NCBI RefSeq assembly: GCF_018350175.1
Contig: NC_058368.1
Span: 7,130,001-7,194,000 of the forward strand
Length of the DNA stretch: 64,000 nt
Direction: 5' to 3'
Source: Felis catus
Lineage: Eukaryota
Part shown: piece by piece, positions 12,543 to 25,419 of the stretch
Numbering within the stretch: position 1 is the stretch's first letter
Layout of the letters: each line of letters starts with the position of its first letter
Made by a program: the position numbers and the translations under genes
Notes under the pieces: generated by a model
What the model was told of the DNA's origin: nothing
The model's input: only the letters and a program-made list of their open reading frames with translations
Databases searched by the model: none

Positions 12543-13320
12543 TGCTTCTCATGCCATCCTTAAGCCTCTGCTGACTTCCTAAAAGTAGGGCTGACACCAG
12601 AGCTCTCTGCGAAGTCCCCCCATTCCTTCCCGAAGTTCTCACCGGAGAGCCCGGGACGACGGTGGCCTGCTGCTGGGGACCTTCTGGAACTGTAGTTGAG
12701 CTTTTCTTCCTCCCGCTCTTTTGTTTGGAGGTGGGAGGTGGGAGGAAGCTGGCGAAAAGGAGGTGTGAAATGTGGAGGGAACAGCGCAGCAGGGGGCGGG
12801 GACGGGGCCCCGGCTGATGAGACAGAATTATGTTTCCAGAAGCACCGAGCCTCATTTGAAATAGGGATCCCTCCCTGGAGGTCACAGCCCAGCCTTTGTT
12901 GTGCTTTCAGAGGGGCTATTTATACATTTCTGGTCTCCGTTTCAGAGTTGCCTCCTCTGTTGGTGACGCTCCAGCTTTGCTGAAGTGGTGTTTAAAAAAG
13001 GAAGTAATTACTAACTGCACACCCAGATGTGGGGATCAGAACGAATTCGGAACAAAAGGTTTCACATGAGCTTTCTACTCCCACCGCTTCGGGGGGAAGC
13101 TGGGATCCTTTTCATTTCTAGCTAAAGCAAGGTTCTTGGAATAAATTACATAAGGACTTCTGCGCCCTGGGAATCCGTCCATGTCTTGGGGTTTGGGTCC
13201 ACACTCTGACTCTTGTCTGTGATGCTTTATCCCTCATCCCTCCCACATAACTGGGGGTGGGGGGGGGGAGCTGAGGGGAAAGGTGTAGATGGAAATGTTT
13301 GAGCTTAAAAGCAATCTTCA

Positions 13321-13528
13321 GGGGCGCCTTGTGTGGCTCAGTCGGTTGAGCGTCCGACTTCGGCTCAGGTCATGATCTCCTGGTCCGTGAGTTCGAGCCC
13401 CGCGTCCAGCTCTGTGCCGACAGCTCAGAGCCTGGAGCCTGCTTCGGATTCTGTGTCTCCCTCTCTCTCTGCCCCTGCCCTGCTCATGCTCTCTCTCAAA
13501 AATAAATAAAGATAAAAAAATAGTATTG
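13321..13528 (+). mobile_element. Can-SINE (SINEC_Fc type)
   Basis: Full body; TSD aaaagcaatctt at 13307-13318 and 13529-13540. Confidence 0.95.
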
Positions 13529-13639
13529 AAAAGCAATCTTTCCTGCTCACACGTCTGAGTTCTCCGCCTTCCTCCCCATGCCTCGCTCAGCAGTTTATTT
13601 GCCAGAAGCCTGGAGATTTCACACCAAGTTCTCAGGACA

Positions 13640-13785
13640 TGCCCAGGTGCTTGCTGACCGCGGCTGAATGGAAGGCCCCAAACGAGACCAGCAGAAGAAC
13701 CATCCAGCTAAGCCCTGGTCAGCCCTCAGAACCACAAGAAATAATGACAAGCTGGTCATTTTAAGCCACTAAGTTATGCGGGTTA
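13640..13785 (+). mobile_element. MLT1 LTR 3' fragment
   Basis: 'cagaagaaccatccagctaagcc...ttttaagccactaagtt' resembles the MLT1 3' end. Confidence 0.6.
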
Positions 13786-13806
13786 GATTAATATTAAGGA
13801 AGTGGA

Positions 13807-14019
13807 GGGCCGCCTGGGTGGCTCAGTCGGTTAAGCATCCGACTTCCGCTCAGGTCATGATCTCACGGTTCGTGGGTTCGAGCCCCGCATCGGGCTCTGT
13901 GCTGGCAGCTCGGAGCCTGGAGCCTGCTTGGGATTCTGTGTCTCCCTCTCTCTCTCCGCTCATGCTCTGTCTCTCTCTGTCTCAAAAATAAATAAAAACG
14001 TTAAAAATTTTTTTCTAAA
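13807..14019 (+). mobile_element. Can-SINE (SINEC_Fc type)
   Basis: Full body; TSD aaggaagtgga. Confidence 0.95.
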
Positions 14020-14141
14020 AAGGAAGTGGAAATATTACTCTTTCAGAAAGCAGACAGGCAATAAGTATTCCCAAAACCTAGAAAGGCATTTTGAAGCAGA
14101 AATTCTACTCCTCTAATATTATCCTTAAAAAAGGAGCAAAA

Positions 14142-14381
14142 GGGGCACGTGGGTGGCTCAGTCGGTTAAGCGCCAAACTTTGGCTCAGGTCATGATCTCA
14201 CGGTTTGTGAGTTCGAGCCCCGCATCCAGCTCTGTGCTGATAGCTCATCGGGCTCTGTGCTGACAGCTCAGAGCCTGGATCCTGCTTCAGATTCTGTGTC
14301 TCCCCCCCTCTCTGCCCCTCCCTGCTCACGCTCTCTCTCTGTCTCAATAATAAATAAACGTTAAAAAAAAATTTTTTTTTT
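14142..14381 (+). mobile_element. Can-SINE with 23-bp internal duplication
   Basis: TSD aaaaggagcaaaa; duplicated segment 14223-14268. Confidence 0.95.
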
Positions 14382-14647
14382 AAAAGGAGCAAAAAACTGT
14401 ATGCCTGAAAAGTGTTCATTGTCGCATGATTTTTGGAAAACTTACAAATAACGTAACGGGGCAAGAATTAATGACAGCAAAAATCAATGATTGTACTACA
14501 TTATGATACATGGGAATATTAACTTGCTTTTTGAAGCGATACAAGGGAATCCTTCCCCTGTAATTCAGTTGGAACCAGAGATTTAAAAAAATACGTATTT
14601 CAAATCCAGTATTTATTTTTACTTAAAAAATACAGTTACATTTCTTT

Positions 14648-14864
14648 AAAAAAATGTTTAATGTTTATTTATTTTTGAGAGAGAGAGAGAGAGAAAGAGA
14701 GAAAGCAGGGGAGGGGCAGACAGACACACACACAGAATCCAAAGCAGGCTCTGGGCTCCGAGCCATCAGCACAGAGCCCGATGCGGGACTCGAATCCACA
14801 AGCTGTGAGATCGTGACACGAGTCGGAGTCCGACGCTCAACCAACTGAGCCACCCAGCTGCCCC
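14648..14864 (-). mobile_element. Can-SINE (SINEC_Fc type)
   Basis: TSD cagttac(a/t)tttcttt at 14633 and 14865. Confidence 0.95.
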
Positions 14865-16049
14865 CAGTTACTTTTCTTTTCTTCCCAGCCTTTCCTGTGG
14901 AGTCCAAGCCTTTTTCTGAGCACGAGCCACTGCCTCGAGAGCCACATTGTCCTGTGTGCAGCCACGTTCACTCCACATGTGCTATGAGCAGCTAACGCCA
15001 TCTGGGGAGGAACAGGAATGCAGAATCATCTAGATCCCTCCCACCCCAGGTGTTTATAGTTATCTCACTACATCGATTTCAATAGCCTTTATTTTTAGCG
15101 ATTCACTTTTATGGAGATTTTCAACTTGGGTTTTATTGCCTTTTCTGCGGTCGTTATTTCAACAGTTGTATGTAATCTTTAATTAAACCGTGTGATTATA
15201 ACATCAGGTGTGGCTGGCAAGGCCGGGATTGGGGACAAACCAGCTGCCTCTTGTCATGGTCTCTGCAACATGGTGGAGGCAACTCTAGGGTCCGCATCTG
15301 AGATTCTCGAGGAAGAGCTGATGTCCCCGGGTGAGGTCACTGGGTCCAGTGGCATTGGCCCCCCCACCCCCCCGAGGGCTTGCTGCAAATGCAGGCCATT
15401 GGGCTGTCCCCCAGACCTGCAGAATCGGAACGTGTGTTGGGGTGTGAGAAAGTCTGCTCAGGACTCACCTGGTGGGAGGGTCCTACCCCCCCTTGCTCTC
15501 CTGGGGAACAAAGCACAGCCCTTTGGGCGGGGGCTGCAGCATCATCCTTCCACGGTGGTCACCAGACCTTCCAGAGTGGCTGTCTCTGGACAGCCGGATG
15601 CCCAAACGCGCATTAACCACCAGTGTCCCTGTGGGAACCCCAGCCCCCAGGGACGGCCACACCGTGGGTCGGGGAGACCCCAGAGGTGAACGCTGCCTTG
15701 TTTACTGGAAACAAGACGCTCCTTCTGAAGTGGCCGCTCTTGGGCTTAAGCTGGGAGCCCAACTTTGTGGGCACAGAACCCAGGAGCTGAGACAGTCTTT
15801 TCACAAGAGAAGACACTCCAATTACCTGGTGGAAAGAGCTTTCGATCTCATCTGAAGAAGGATCCTCTACGTAAGATCACTACTACTGGTGATATCTGCT
15901 CCTTTTGAGTCAGTTTCCTACGCCCCAGTTCTGCGACGTGGAGCTCTGTAGTGCGTTGTGATTTAGGACGACGGTCCTCAAAACCCACTTGAACACAAGA
16001 AGCCCCTCTTAACCTGTATGTAAAGCTAGAGTCCCTCCCCCAATAATGG

Positions 16050-16290
16050 CAAATGATAATAACATTAATCACAATTCTTATTCTTCTAATTCTTATGTCG
16101 AGCCATCACGCTCGAAGTCCACTGTGTACGGGTGCCGGGTCCCTTCCACGACATTTCTCATCCTTATGAGGGGCCTGCCAGATGCTCTTTGGTCTCCGTT
16201 TTCCAGACGAGGAATCGGGGTTCAGACGTCACAACACCAAAAGCAATGGCCTCAGAATTCTAAGCCCACCTCCGTCCAGTTCCCAAGCCA
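16050..16290 (-). mobile_element. Degenerate MIR
   Basis: 'ctccgttttccagacgaggaatcgggg' matches the reverse MIR core 'cccattttacagatgaggaaactgagg'. Confidence 0.5.
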
Positions 16291-17531
16291 GCCGCTACCC
16301 CACACCCCACACCCTCTCCTGGCAAAGTCAGCATCCGTGTGGAGACAGGACTTCGCCTGGAACGGGGGAAGCAAAGTCCTTCCGGAGACGCTCAGGATGT
16401 CCCAGCTGGGGGAAGTGACTCAGTTGAGGGTTTTCCAGCGTCGGGGTGTAGGGACAACCAGCTGGCTCGGGGCGGGGAGCGCAGGACCCCTGGCCACAGA
16501 TGAGAAACCGCAGCCCCCAATGGGACTTGACCTGCGCGTGGTCACAGAACGGGGTGGTGAGGGACTCAAGCCCCCAGACTCCTCTCTCTCCTCAGCAAAA
16601 TCGCTCACTCACTCCCCCGGTGCGCGGAAAACTGCCTCTGATTGCTCACTTTTCTGCTAAATCTGGTGATTAAGCCCTGCATTCTTCATGACCTTGGCCC
16701 TTGAGACACACATGCTTTGGTTTCTGAAATGGAAAGGCAGGCACGGACTCCTGGAGGCTGTGCGTTTCTGCTGGTTCATCCACCCCTGAGACAAAGAGAG
16801 CCTTGTGGCTTTGTTTGAATGGGGAGGGGTGCAGTTCTAAAAGGAATATGCTTGTTTGTGAGTCCGAACATTATTCTTCTATAAGAACAGGCCTCATAGA
16901 TGTACTCACCCCCCTTTCCCCCTTACATAACTGCCTCACTGCCCGGAGGCCAGCCTCAGTGCTCCCCACTGGAAGAGCCCGGGGAAGGGACCACCATCAG
17001 GACATGCCCCAGACCTTGATCTGGTAAAGTCAGGGGGAGGGCCCTGGGGCGCGTCTTCCTCCTGGAAGGAGACCCAAGAAGGCCTGGTGAAGGGTGGGGA
17101 AGCCAAATCTCCCCACGCCCACCGTGCACTGGGTCCTGCCCAGCATCCTTCGGCCGTTTTTCACATGTACGTCGGCAAAGCTCGACCCCTGCAGAGAGGA
17201 CGTGCCCCAGGTGACTCGTGGGGGATGGTGGCCACAGGCTTGATTCCATCCTCGAAGGTTTCTGACTCCGATGTCGCACGACTGTGGGCTTCACATTGCA
17301 GGCAGCACCCCCCCCCCCCCCCCCGGTGGATCTGTACAGAAGCCCACCACTGTCCTCATCAAGACAAACACGAGGCAGACATTCTGGAAAACTCCCCTGG
17401 TGAGTTTTAGGCGGAGAGGTTTCCGGCCAGGGGGATCCCTGAAGTAGCACCTCTGACCTGAACAACTGAAAAGCTGCGTAGCTGTCCCATCGTCCTTCTA
17501 ATCTGCTCTCCCTTGGGCACTTGGAATGTTC

Positions 17532-17952
17532 TTTTGTTTGTCTGTGGTAAAGTCCACAGTACCCGAAACTTCCCATTTAGCCACATTAAACGCACAGTTC
17601 AGTGGTGTTAGACACGTTCACACACGTGGCCACCACCCATCGCCGGCACTGTTTTGTCTGCCCAAACTGAAACTCTGTTCCCATGAGACGAGGACTCCCC
17701 ACCCCCTTCCCTCCCCAGCCCCTGGCTGGCAACATCTTCCTTTCTGTCTCTACGGATTGACTGCTTTGGGTATCTCAGATACGTATTTGTCCCTTCGTGA
17801 CGGATTTATTTCCCTTAGCGTCACGTCCCCAAGGTTCACCCAGGTGGCAGATGTCAGATTTTCTTTCCTCTTTACGACTGAGAAACACGCCACTGTGTGG
17901 ATGTACCACGTTTTGTGGACCTGCTCGTCCGTCAGTGGACATTTGGGTGGTG
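17532..17952 (-). mobile_element. L1MB-like 3' end
   Basis: 'acagttcagtgg...cccaaactgaaactctgttcccat...cagcccctggc...tttctgtctctacgga...ggacatttgggt'. Confidence 0.85.
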
Positions 17953-18492
17953 TTAGAATGTTCTTCCTGAAGTGCTAATCTGCTTACATTCCTGAAAGGT
18001 GGGACAACCTCCCAAATCTTTAACAAGCTGGCGAGGCTGTGCTCCCGCTCCAGAACTGTCTCACTGGCCCCGCGTCCCTGGGACATCACCCCTGGGGCCC
18101 GCTGCTGAACTCACTTCCTCCAGGTGCTGGCGGGGTCTCTGCCTGGGCGGCCGTTTCCGCCCTCCTCCCCTGGGCCACTCAGCCTGCAGTCTCTGCCATA
18201 ACGTCACCGCCCCTGGGGTCCCATCCAAACCAGGAGGGCAGCTCTCCTCTCGCAGGGCACCTTCCGGTTTCCGCTTGGCGCCATTTGCACCTGTCATCAC
18301 GCGTCTGGATCCGTGGGAGACTGGTTTCTGCTGCTAGACTGCAAGGTAGGGTTTTGTTTACCTCTGTCTTCCGGGCGCTTTGTGGCACGCCCGGCGGGCG
18401 GTAGGTACTCAGCACGTGAGAACGGAATGAAGGAAGGACCCTGGGAGGGAGCCCTGAGGCACGCGGGCTGCCGCAGACCTGACCGGTAGCTT

Positions 18493-18544
18493 GGATGACC
18501 TTGAGCTTTGACCTTTGGATGACCTTTGAGCTTTGAGCTTTAGC
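18493..18544. repeat. Imperfect TGA(C/G)CTT tandem array
   Basis: Six TGACCT/TGAGCT hexamers at 18496, 18502, 18509, 18520, 18527 and 18534. Confidence 0.85.
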
Positions 18545-20445
18545 TTCCTCCCCTGCAGCAGCATGAATGTGGCAGCTGTGTTGGGAGAATCAAGGCCACA
18601 AAGCGCCCGCCAGCTGCCCCCGTAGGAGGCGTCCGGCCGTGGCATTGCCCTTCTTGTCTCTTACCAGAAACCCAGTCTAAGGGCCCGGACACGTTTGCTT
18701 CTATAAGCACCCCCAAATCATCCTAGCTCGCATGAGCGAGAGGATGGCGGGAAGGCTCTGAAACTCTGGGCACCTTAGGAGGTCCAGAGGCCCCCCCTTG
18801 CGAGTCCTGAACCCCCTGCCTGGTCTTCATCATCGATTCCGTTGCTGGACGCTATTCCCAGCCTTGGATGCTGATGTCAGCCGGGACGGGGGTGGAGAAG
18901 TAGAGGGTGGGAGGGAGGCTGGAAACCTCCCTGGAGTTTGGTACCTCGGCATTGAACTACTGCCGCCCTGAGGAAGGCTCCCCGTGACTGGGGGAGGCAA
19001 GCAGCGGTTGGCGACACCCTTCCCTGTTCCCCCCTGCCCCGCGTTGGGCAGAATGGGCCCGAGCCCAGAACTTCCCCGGGCTCCGCGGGCTCACCGGGCG
19101 TTACTAGAGCAAACATTAGTGCAAACACACAGACGACCGCGGAGCGATTGCACGGATCGCCCACGCTGGTGTGGGGCCTTGTGAGCGCTGGCTGGGGGAC
19201 AGGAACGGCCAAGTCGTTTTTCTAGATTCAGACGCCCCCCCCCCCTTTCGGGGCGGACAAAGGAAGGCCCATTATGTGGGACATCTCCACTGGGACTTCC
19301 TCTCCAAGCACCGGCTGGGTCAGGTTCCTTCTATGCAAATCGTTTCGAGCATTTATCCTGCTTTTCATTAACATAATATCTCCCGGGTCATCCCCCTGGC
19401 CTCCCTCTGAAACATTTAGCGGAAAAGAAAAGCTCTCGGTGGGGGGAGGGGGATCCCCGCATCTTTGTCAAGGAGGTGGGATTTTTATTCCCCTCTCCTC
19501 TGGCTGCTGCACATTGCTATCTGCACTATCCACATCTAAGAGGCTTTATTATTATTATTTTTTTCAATTAAAAACAAAACCCACACGAGATGAAGCTGAG
19601 ATTAACTCCAACTGGATTAAGACGCCCCGGGATCCCAAGGGAGTTCTCTGGACTCTGTCTGTAGCACACTGGGCGCACTGCTATGCTTACTACTGGGGAG
19701 ATGGGCCAGGTACTAGGTAGAACACAAAAATAAATCGCGTAGAGGACGCGCTGGTGGCAAAAGACCCTTCTTACTGAGGACCCGTGCCTTCCAGATGGGG
19801 GTGTATTCTGCTTGGGAGAGGCCGGAGGCACGGTTTCCACCCCTGCCTTCTCTTCTGGGACAGCATGCTTTATCTCTATGCCAGGTAAGAACGAGGCAGA
19901 CGGGGGGCGCGGGGGCAGGCACCCCCATAGCGCTATTCCACTTCCCCCAAATGCCGTGCCTTCCGTTTGTCACTTGATCTGCACGCACACACGGGCCACT
20001 CTTGCGGATTCTGTATGTGCTGCCGGGCAGTCTGTCTCCAAACCCATTCTTTCGTTGTACCAGCACAATCCCAGCCCTTAGGAGGGAGCGAGCGCTCAAT
20101 CGGTGTTCGTTACATTGAGTAAATTTCACGCACTGGGGTGGGGGGTGGGGTGGGGATTTTCGGGCTTCGAGGAGTCTTTGTTTCCCAAGCGATAAAAGCG
20201 AAGGCACAGAACCGTATACGAGCGATAAGCACACATGCTTGTGCACACGGGCCATCAAAGAAAAAAAGGCTACACGTGGTCACCATAGTATTAAAGAGGT
20301 TCCCTCTGAATAGCTGGAATTGTAATTGGTTCTTACTTTCCCTTTTACATTCTTTCAAAACACCTATAGGAGACCGTATTACTAAGCAGGAAAAAAAAAA
20401 ACATTTTATTTCCTCTATAAAAGTTCTGGAAACTGGCTAATTCTT

Positions 20446-20692
20446 TTTTTTTTTTTTTTTAATTTATTTTTTTTTTTAATTTTTTTTTTCAACATTTATT
20501 TATTTTTGGGACAGAGAGAGACAGAGCATGAACGGGGGAGGGGCAGAGAGAGAGGAAGACACAGAATCGGAAACAAGCTCCAGGCTCTGAGCCATCAGCC
20601 CAGAGCCTGACGCGGGGCTCGAACTCCCGGACCGCGAGATCGTGACCTGGCTGAAGTCAGACGCTTCACCGACTGCGCCACCCAGGCGCCCC
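20446..20692 (-). mobile_element. Young Can-SINE (SINEC_Fc)
   Basis: Perfect 17-bp TSD gaaactggctaattctt (20429-20445, 20693-20709), long tail, intact CpGs. Confidence 0.97.
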
Positions 20693-22443
20693 GAAACTGG
20701 CTAATTCTTAAGTAATCATCAGGCAACATTTTCAGAGGAATTAATGAAGAGCCAGCTCAGAACAAGGCCTCGGAGAAGTAGAACGTGACACCAGTATCTG
20801 AGGTTGGGAGGGAGGGGCAGTGGGGACAGGGAAGAAATGTCACAGCGCTCTTTCTGATGTCTTCCTGGGTCTCTCACGCACAGCCCTCTGCGGTGTCCTG
20901 GGTCTGCCTCTGAGAGCAGCTGGAATGACTCCCCTCTTGGGCGCGAAGGCGACCATTTAGCTTTATTACCAGTCAGGCTCCAACTAGGAAAGGGGACACA
21001 TCTCCAAGGGTTGAAAACAGAGGGAAATAAATAATAAGAAACTGGTTTCCCCGGTGAAGGGGGGTCAATGGCAAACTGTGGAGTCACTGAGAGGTTAGCA
21101 CCAGCAAAAAGTCGTCACCACCTCCAGGCTGCGGGGACAAAGGGAGTGGTGGAGGGGCGTGGAAGGCGAGGGAGGAGAGTCCTGGCTTCTCCCGTCCCTT
21201 CTCCAGTCCTCTGCCAAGGCCTCCCAAGCCAAACCCTACTGGAAGCAGGCAAACCTGATGCTGGCGGGATTCAGCCCCAGCGACACTGAGGGGAGCAGGG
21301 GAGGGGGGAGGAAAGGGCCCGAGGGCAGAGAGGCCACAGAGTGGCACCCTATCTGTCCTTGGGCCCAAGGAACCCCACCCACCCCCACCTCCCCACCTGT
21401 TAGCAGCATGTACCTGAATCAGGCCAGGTAAGTATTTCCTGGTCTACATAACCTACCAAGCTGCAAAGACGGAAACACTGAGTCAGCGTAAAAGGACCTT
21501 CTAGATGTTTTATAAATGAGGGCACGGTGGTTGTAGGATTCCCATCACTCGTTACCCTGGCTTCTACTGAGAATGGCTCCAGGGCCAGAGGGTCAGAGGA
21601 TGGGCTTTAGAAGGATGAATCTGGCTTGAAAACTAACCCACACCCGGACAAAATGAGGGCTTTTCTCTCCCTTTCCCAAAGTCCCAAACTGAATGTCCCC
21701 CCACTTAGCAGCAGCTGGAAGCGTTGGGAGAGCAGGCCCCCCCGCTCAGGAGGGGGTACGTGGGGGCAGGAAACCAAGGCAGAGAGAACATTCCCCTGAG
21801 GGCAAACAGGTCCAAGGGACAAGAGAGGAAGCCTGGGGCCTGGTCTTGCTTTGAGGTCACAGTGACCTTACCCGTACTGTCGATGATCAGATTATTTTTC
21901 ACTCCCTCTAAGAGCGAAGAAGCATCCCTTTGTAATACCTCCCTGAGAGGTAAAAATGTAGACAGAAGATCCTATCTTGGGCGCCGAGGCAAGAAGTAAA
22001 GAAGGAGAAAGATGCCTCCTCTCACCCCTGCTGCAAACCGTGCGGAAAACAGGGTGTTTGGGGGCCTCGGCCCTGAAGTTTTTGGGTGAAAAGGAGGCCA
22101 GTGTCACTGGCAGGACTATATTCAGCAGGAGAACATAAAACCACCCACATCGCTACAAGTGAGAGCTAATTTCTAATTAACTTCTTGCTTGTATTTATTT
22201 TCATTTCCTCGTATGATGTTACTTTTGATAGATAAATATAATAAAAGTGATCATACATATGGACCGTTTTATATTCTGCTTTTTAAAATTAACGTAATTT
22301 TTAATCTTTAAGTATTCTCTTGAAACATTGTATGAATAGGTTTATAGTAGTCCATTTAATGGTTGTTCAAAAATGCAGATGTAGATTGCAAGACTTACTC
22401 TACACAGAATAAAAATACGGTCACACCTCTTCTATATTCTTTT

Positions 22444-22616
22444 GGGGGGTGGGGGGGTAGAGAGAGAGGGAAAGAGAGAATCTCAAGCAGGTTCTATGTC
22501 AGCGTGGAGCCTAATGGGGGCTAGAACCCATTCGCCAACCGTGAGATGCTGACCTAAGCCCAAATCAAGAGTTGGGGTCTTAACTGCCTTAACTGACTGA
22601 GCCACCCAGGCGCCCC
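22444..22616 (-). mobile_element. Older Can-SINE lacking an A tail
   Basis: Head and body present; TSD-like tctat(a/c)ttctttt at 22431 and 22617. Confidence 0.88.
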
Positions 22617-24959
22617 TCTATCTTCTTTTTTAAGTTAATTGCTAGAACACCCTAGGCCCTTTAAGGAGACAGTCCTTTGGGTCCCTCTCAAGATTCCCTG
22701 CCTGTCCATCTCCCCCCCCCAAGTTCTTCGAGAACACTTGATCCTTCCCCACGCCAAGAGAGGAAAGGACTCCAGATATGCAGCCAACAGAACTGGGGAC
22801 CCAGTTCGCCAGCTCTGCAGTTCCTCGGGCCTGCCACAAGGCGTCGCTGTTGAAGGGTAGTCCTGTACCCTCCAGCCGGCTGTAACCTTCCGCCCAGGAC
22901 ATCCTGGTCCAGCCCCTTAGAGTTTATATTCCCACTCTTCAGCCACTGTTCTGCGAGTCACAGCCACCGGGAAAGTCGTATGGGTGTTGGGGCACCTCCT
23001 AGACGAGCCACATACCGCCTGAAATCAGCTCCTCTACCAATACTCAGGCTTCTGTTCCGAACTTGGAACATGAGCCTCGAGTCTCTTCCTTCAGGATAAC
23101 TTTATTCCGGGGTCTTGTTCATTTTCTTGCCACGAGATTTGAGTCGCCCCCCTCCACCCCCACCGTCTGTTATTGATAGGTACGCCAATGTCCCATTTGG
23201 GGGAACAGTGGCTGAGTCGTTGAACCCTGGGCTTCTTCGGCAAACAGACTGGCTTCCTCCCCAGCCAACAGCTCTGCAGCTCAAGGAGCGTGTCAGCTCT
23301 TGCTAAACCATTTGGGAAGACAAAACGTTTCGTTTCCTCCTTTCTTCGGGAACACGGGCGCCTCCTTGCCCTATGTCTATTGGAGACTGTTGCATTGTTG
23401 TTGCAGATTTCTGTAGTTTGAAGATCTGCTTCAGGGTGATTTTCTCTACCTGCCCTGAAATGTCTTTTTCCACATTAAAATCCCATCCTCCAGACGGCCG
23501 TGACCGAACTAGTGTCTGTCCTATGGCTGGACGCTCGGTTGTGGCCATATTTTAAAAACTACGATAAATAATGTTGATTTGAGGTTTAAAGATAGAAAAT
23601 GGCCATGTGTTTATGTCCACTCTCTCTCACTACCTTATTGGAATAAATAACAGCACACAAAAAGTAAACGATGGGGGAAAATGTGTGGCACAGGTAGATA
23701 CTAGGAAAACAAACCGTAGGTAGAAATGTTGAGGAATTCTGATGTGATAATAAAGACACTAAGAGCTCTGTGTTCTTCGTACGTACCCAGTGCTGCGCAA
23801 TGCCTGTCCACGCATGGTGTCATTTTATAGGCATAGCAAGCCTGAGAGACGGTCGGGGCGGGGGGGCAGGGTGGGAATCTATAAACTAGAAGGAACTGGG
23901 GTGACCGGAAGTTCAAGCCACACTCAGCCTTCTGTTTCACACGGGGAAAGAAAAGCGGAGCTCTCCCAAGGAACCACTGGACCGTGTCCCCAACCAGCCC
24001 AAGCTTAGCCCAGTCATGGGACAGAGGTGAGGGTGGGAGGAGGGCTTGGAGGGCAAAGGTGTCAGGACCACTCCCAGCCCCTCCCCACTCCCCCCCCCCA
24101 CCAAAGGAGGCAGCCTTCTGATGAGGGAGGTGCACTTGGAGGGCACAGTCAGGAAGTTGCGGCTGCCCCACAAAGACAGAGCTCAGCTCAGAAGAACTCC
24201 AAGGGCAGAGCCTCCCCAGGTCTCCTTCCCCAGGTGTCCCCAACCATGAGGGGCTTGTGGAACCCGCCTCATCCAGGCCAGACTCCAGCAGGACAGGGGC
24301 TGGACTCGGGAGCTGTCTGGGAAGCACCGGGCCGTGTGTTTTCCACCCGGGTTTCTTGCAGGGGAGGAGGCGGCCACTTCTACAGCCCATTCCTCCCTCC
24401 AGCAGGTGCCTGCACCTACTGCCACACTATTTTACTTGCCCAGATCAGGGGAACTCCTCTTCCTGGCCTACGCCTTTTTCTTTATTCCCATGAGCCACGG
24501 GGTGAAGATTTCAGATTCCATAGGCCAGCAAGAGGCTCTTCCTGTTTTTGTTCCTATGCTGCTTTATTTTCCATCCAAAGCAATACTACGCAGCCGTCTG
24601 CCATCACCCACCCTGGCCCTGCTCTCTGCTGGAGAGAGAGCCTCCACGATGCACAGATCCTGATCAGCTGCCTTTCAGGGGCGGAGCAAAGGCTTTGCTG
24701 GCAACCAAATGATGGCCTCAAAGTGGGGGAGATGTTTTCACCCCTTTTATAACCTGTCCCAGGGCATAAGTGATCATTGGTGGCGAGATCCAGCCCTAAC
24801 ACCACTGCCCAGTCGGGGCACCTGTAGTGGACAAACCCCTTCCGTTCTTTGGTAGCAACATCACACAGCTGTCTGATGCCGCTTTTGAGCAGGAACTTTA
24901 CAATCATGGCATGCGCAATCTGTTTGAATAATATACACATAAGCCTGGGTGTAATGGGG

Positions 24960-25115
24960 TTGTTAGTTACTTTGTGTAAGTTTCTTCTTTCCTGCAAAAT
25001 AGAAAGTTACTATTCTGAGTGGAGGGCTTTCAGGCTTGTTAGTTATATTTTGTAAGTTTCATCTCTTACCGCGAAATAGAAAGTTGCTATTTTGAGCCGA
25101 GGGATTTCAGGCTTG
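24960..25115. repeat. Diverged ~77-bp tandem duplication (2 copies)
   Basis: ttgttagtta...tgtaagtttc...aaatagaaagtt...ttcaggcttg starts at 24960 and again at 25036. Confidence 0.9.
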
Positions 25116-25419
25116 CAAACAGGCGCTCTGCAAGCATATTAAGAACAAAAACCGGAGCAAAATCTGCTCTGTGCCACCTGCAGCTACGCGTGATATGAGT
25201 TGTTGGGGGGAGCGAGGGGTCCCGTTGGGGAAGCGGACGGGTGCTGAGGGAGGTCTGGACACTTGCGTATCATGGCACGTGATCTATGGCAGCTGACAAC
25301 AACAACAACAAAAAGTCATTGGTTATTTGGGAACACTCAGCACCTTGAAGGAAGGGAAGCCTCCAAGCAATCAAAATAAAGGCCGGCCTCCTTCTCTAAC
25401 ACAGTTGATTGAGGAAGCA

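Noticed and set aside
13776..13991. Recurring peptide 'SAQVMISRFVGSSPASGSVLTARSLEPASDSVSPSLS' in many ORFs
   Set aside because: Translation of the SINE consensus, not a gene family.
15385..15470. Possible MER5-family fragment
   Set aside because: Only a short internal resemblance and no terminal repeats.
19610..19890. Possible MER21-like LTR remnant
   Set aside because: Similarity too faint to call without a Dfam search.
23701..24752. Overlapping 229-aa and 241-aa ORFs on opposite strands
   Set aside because: Pro/Gly/Ser-rich chance frames with no homology I recognise.
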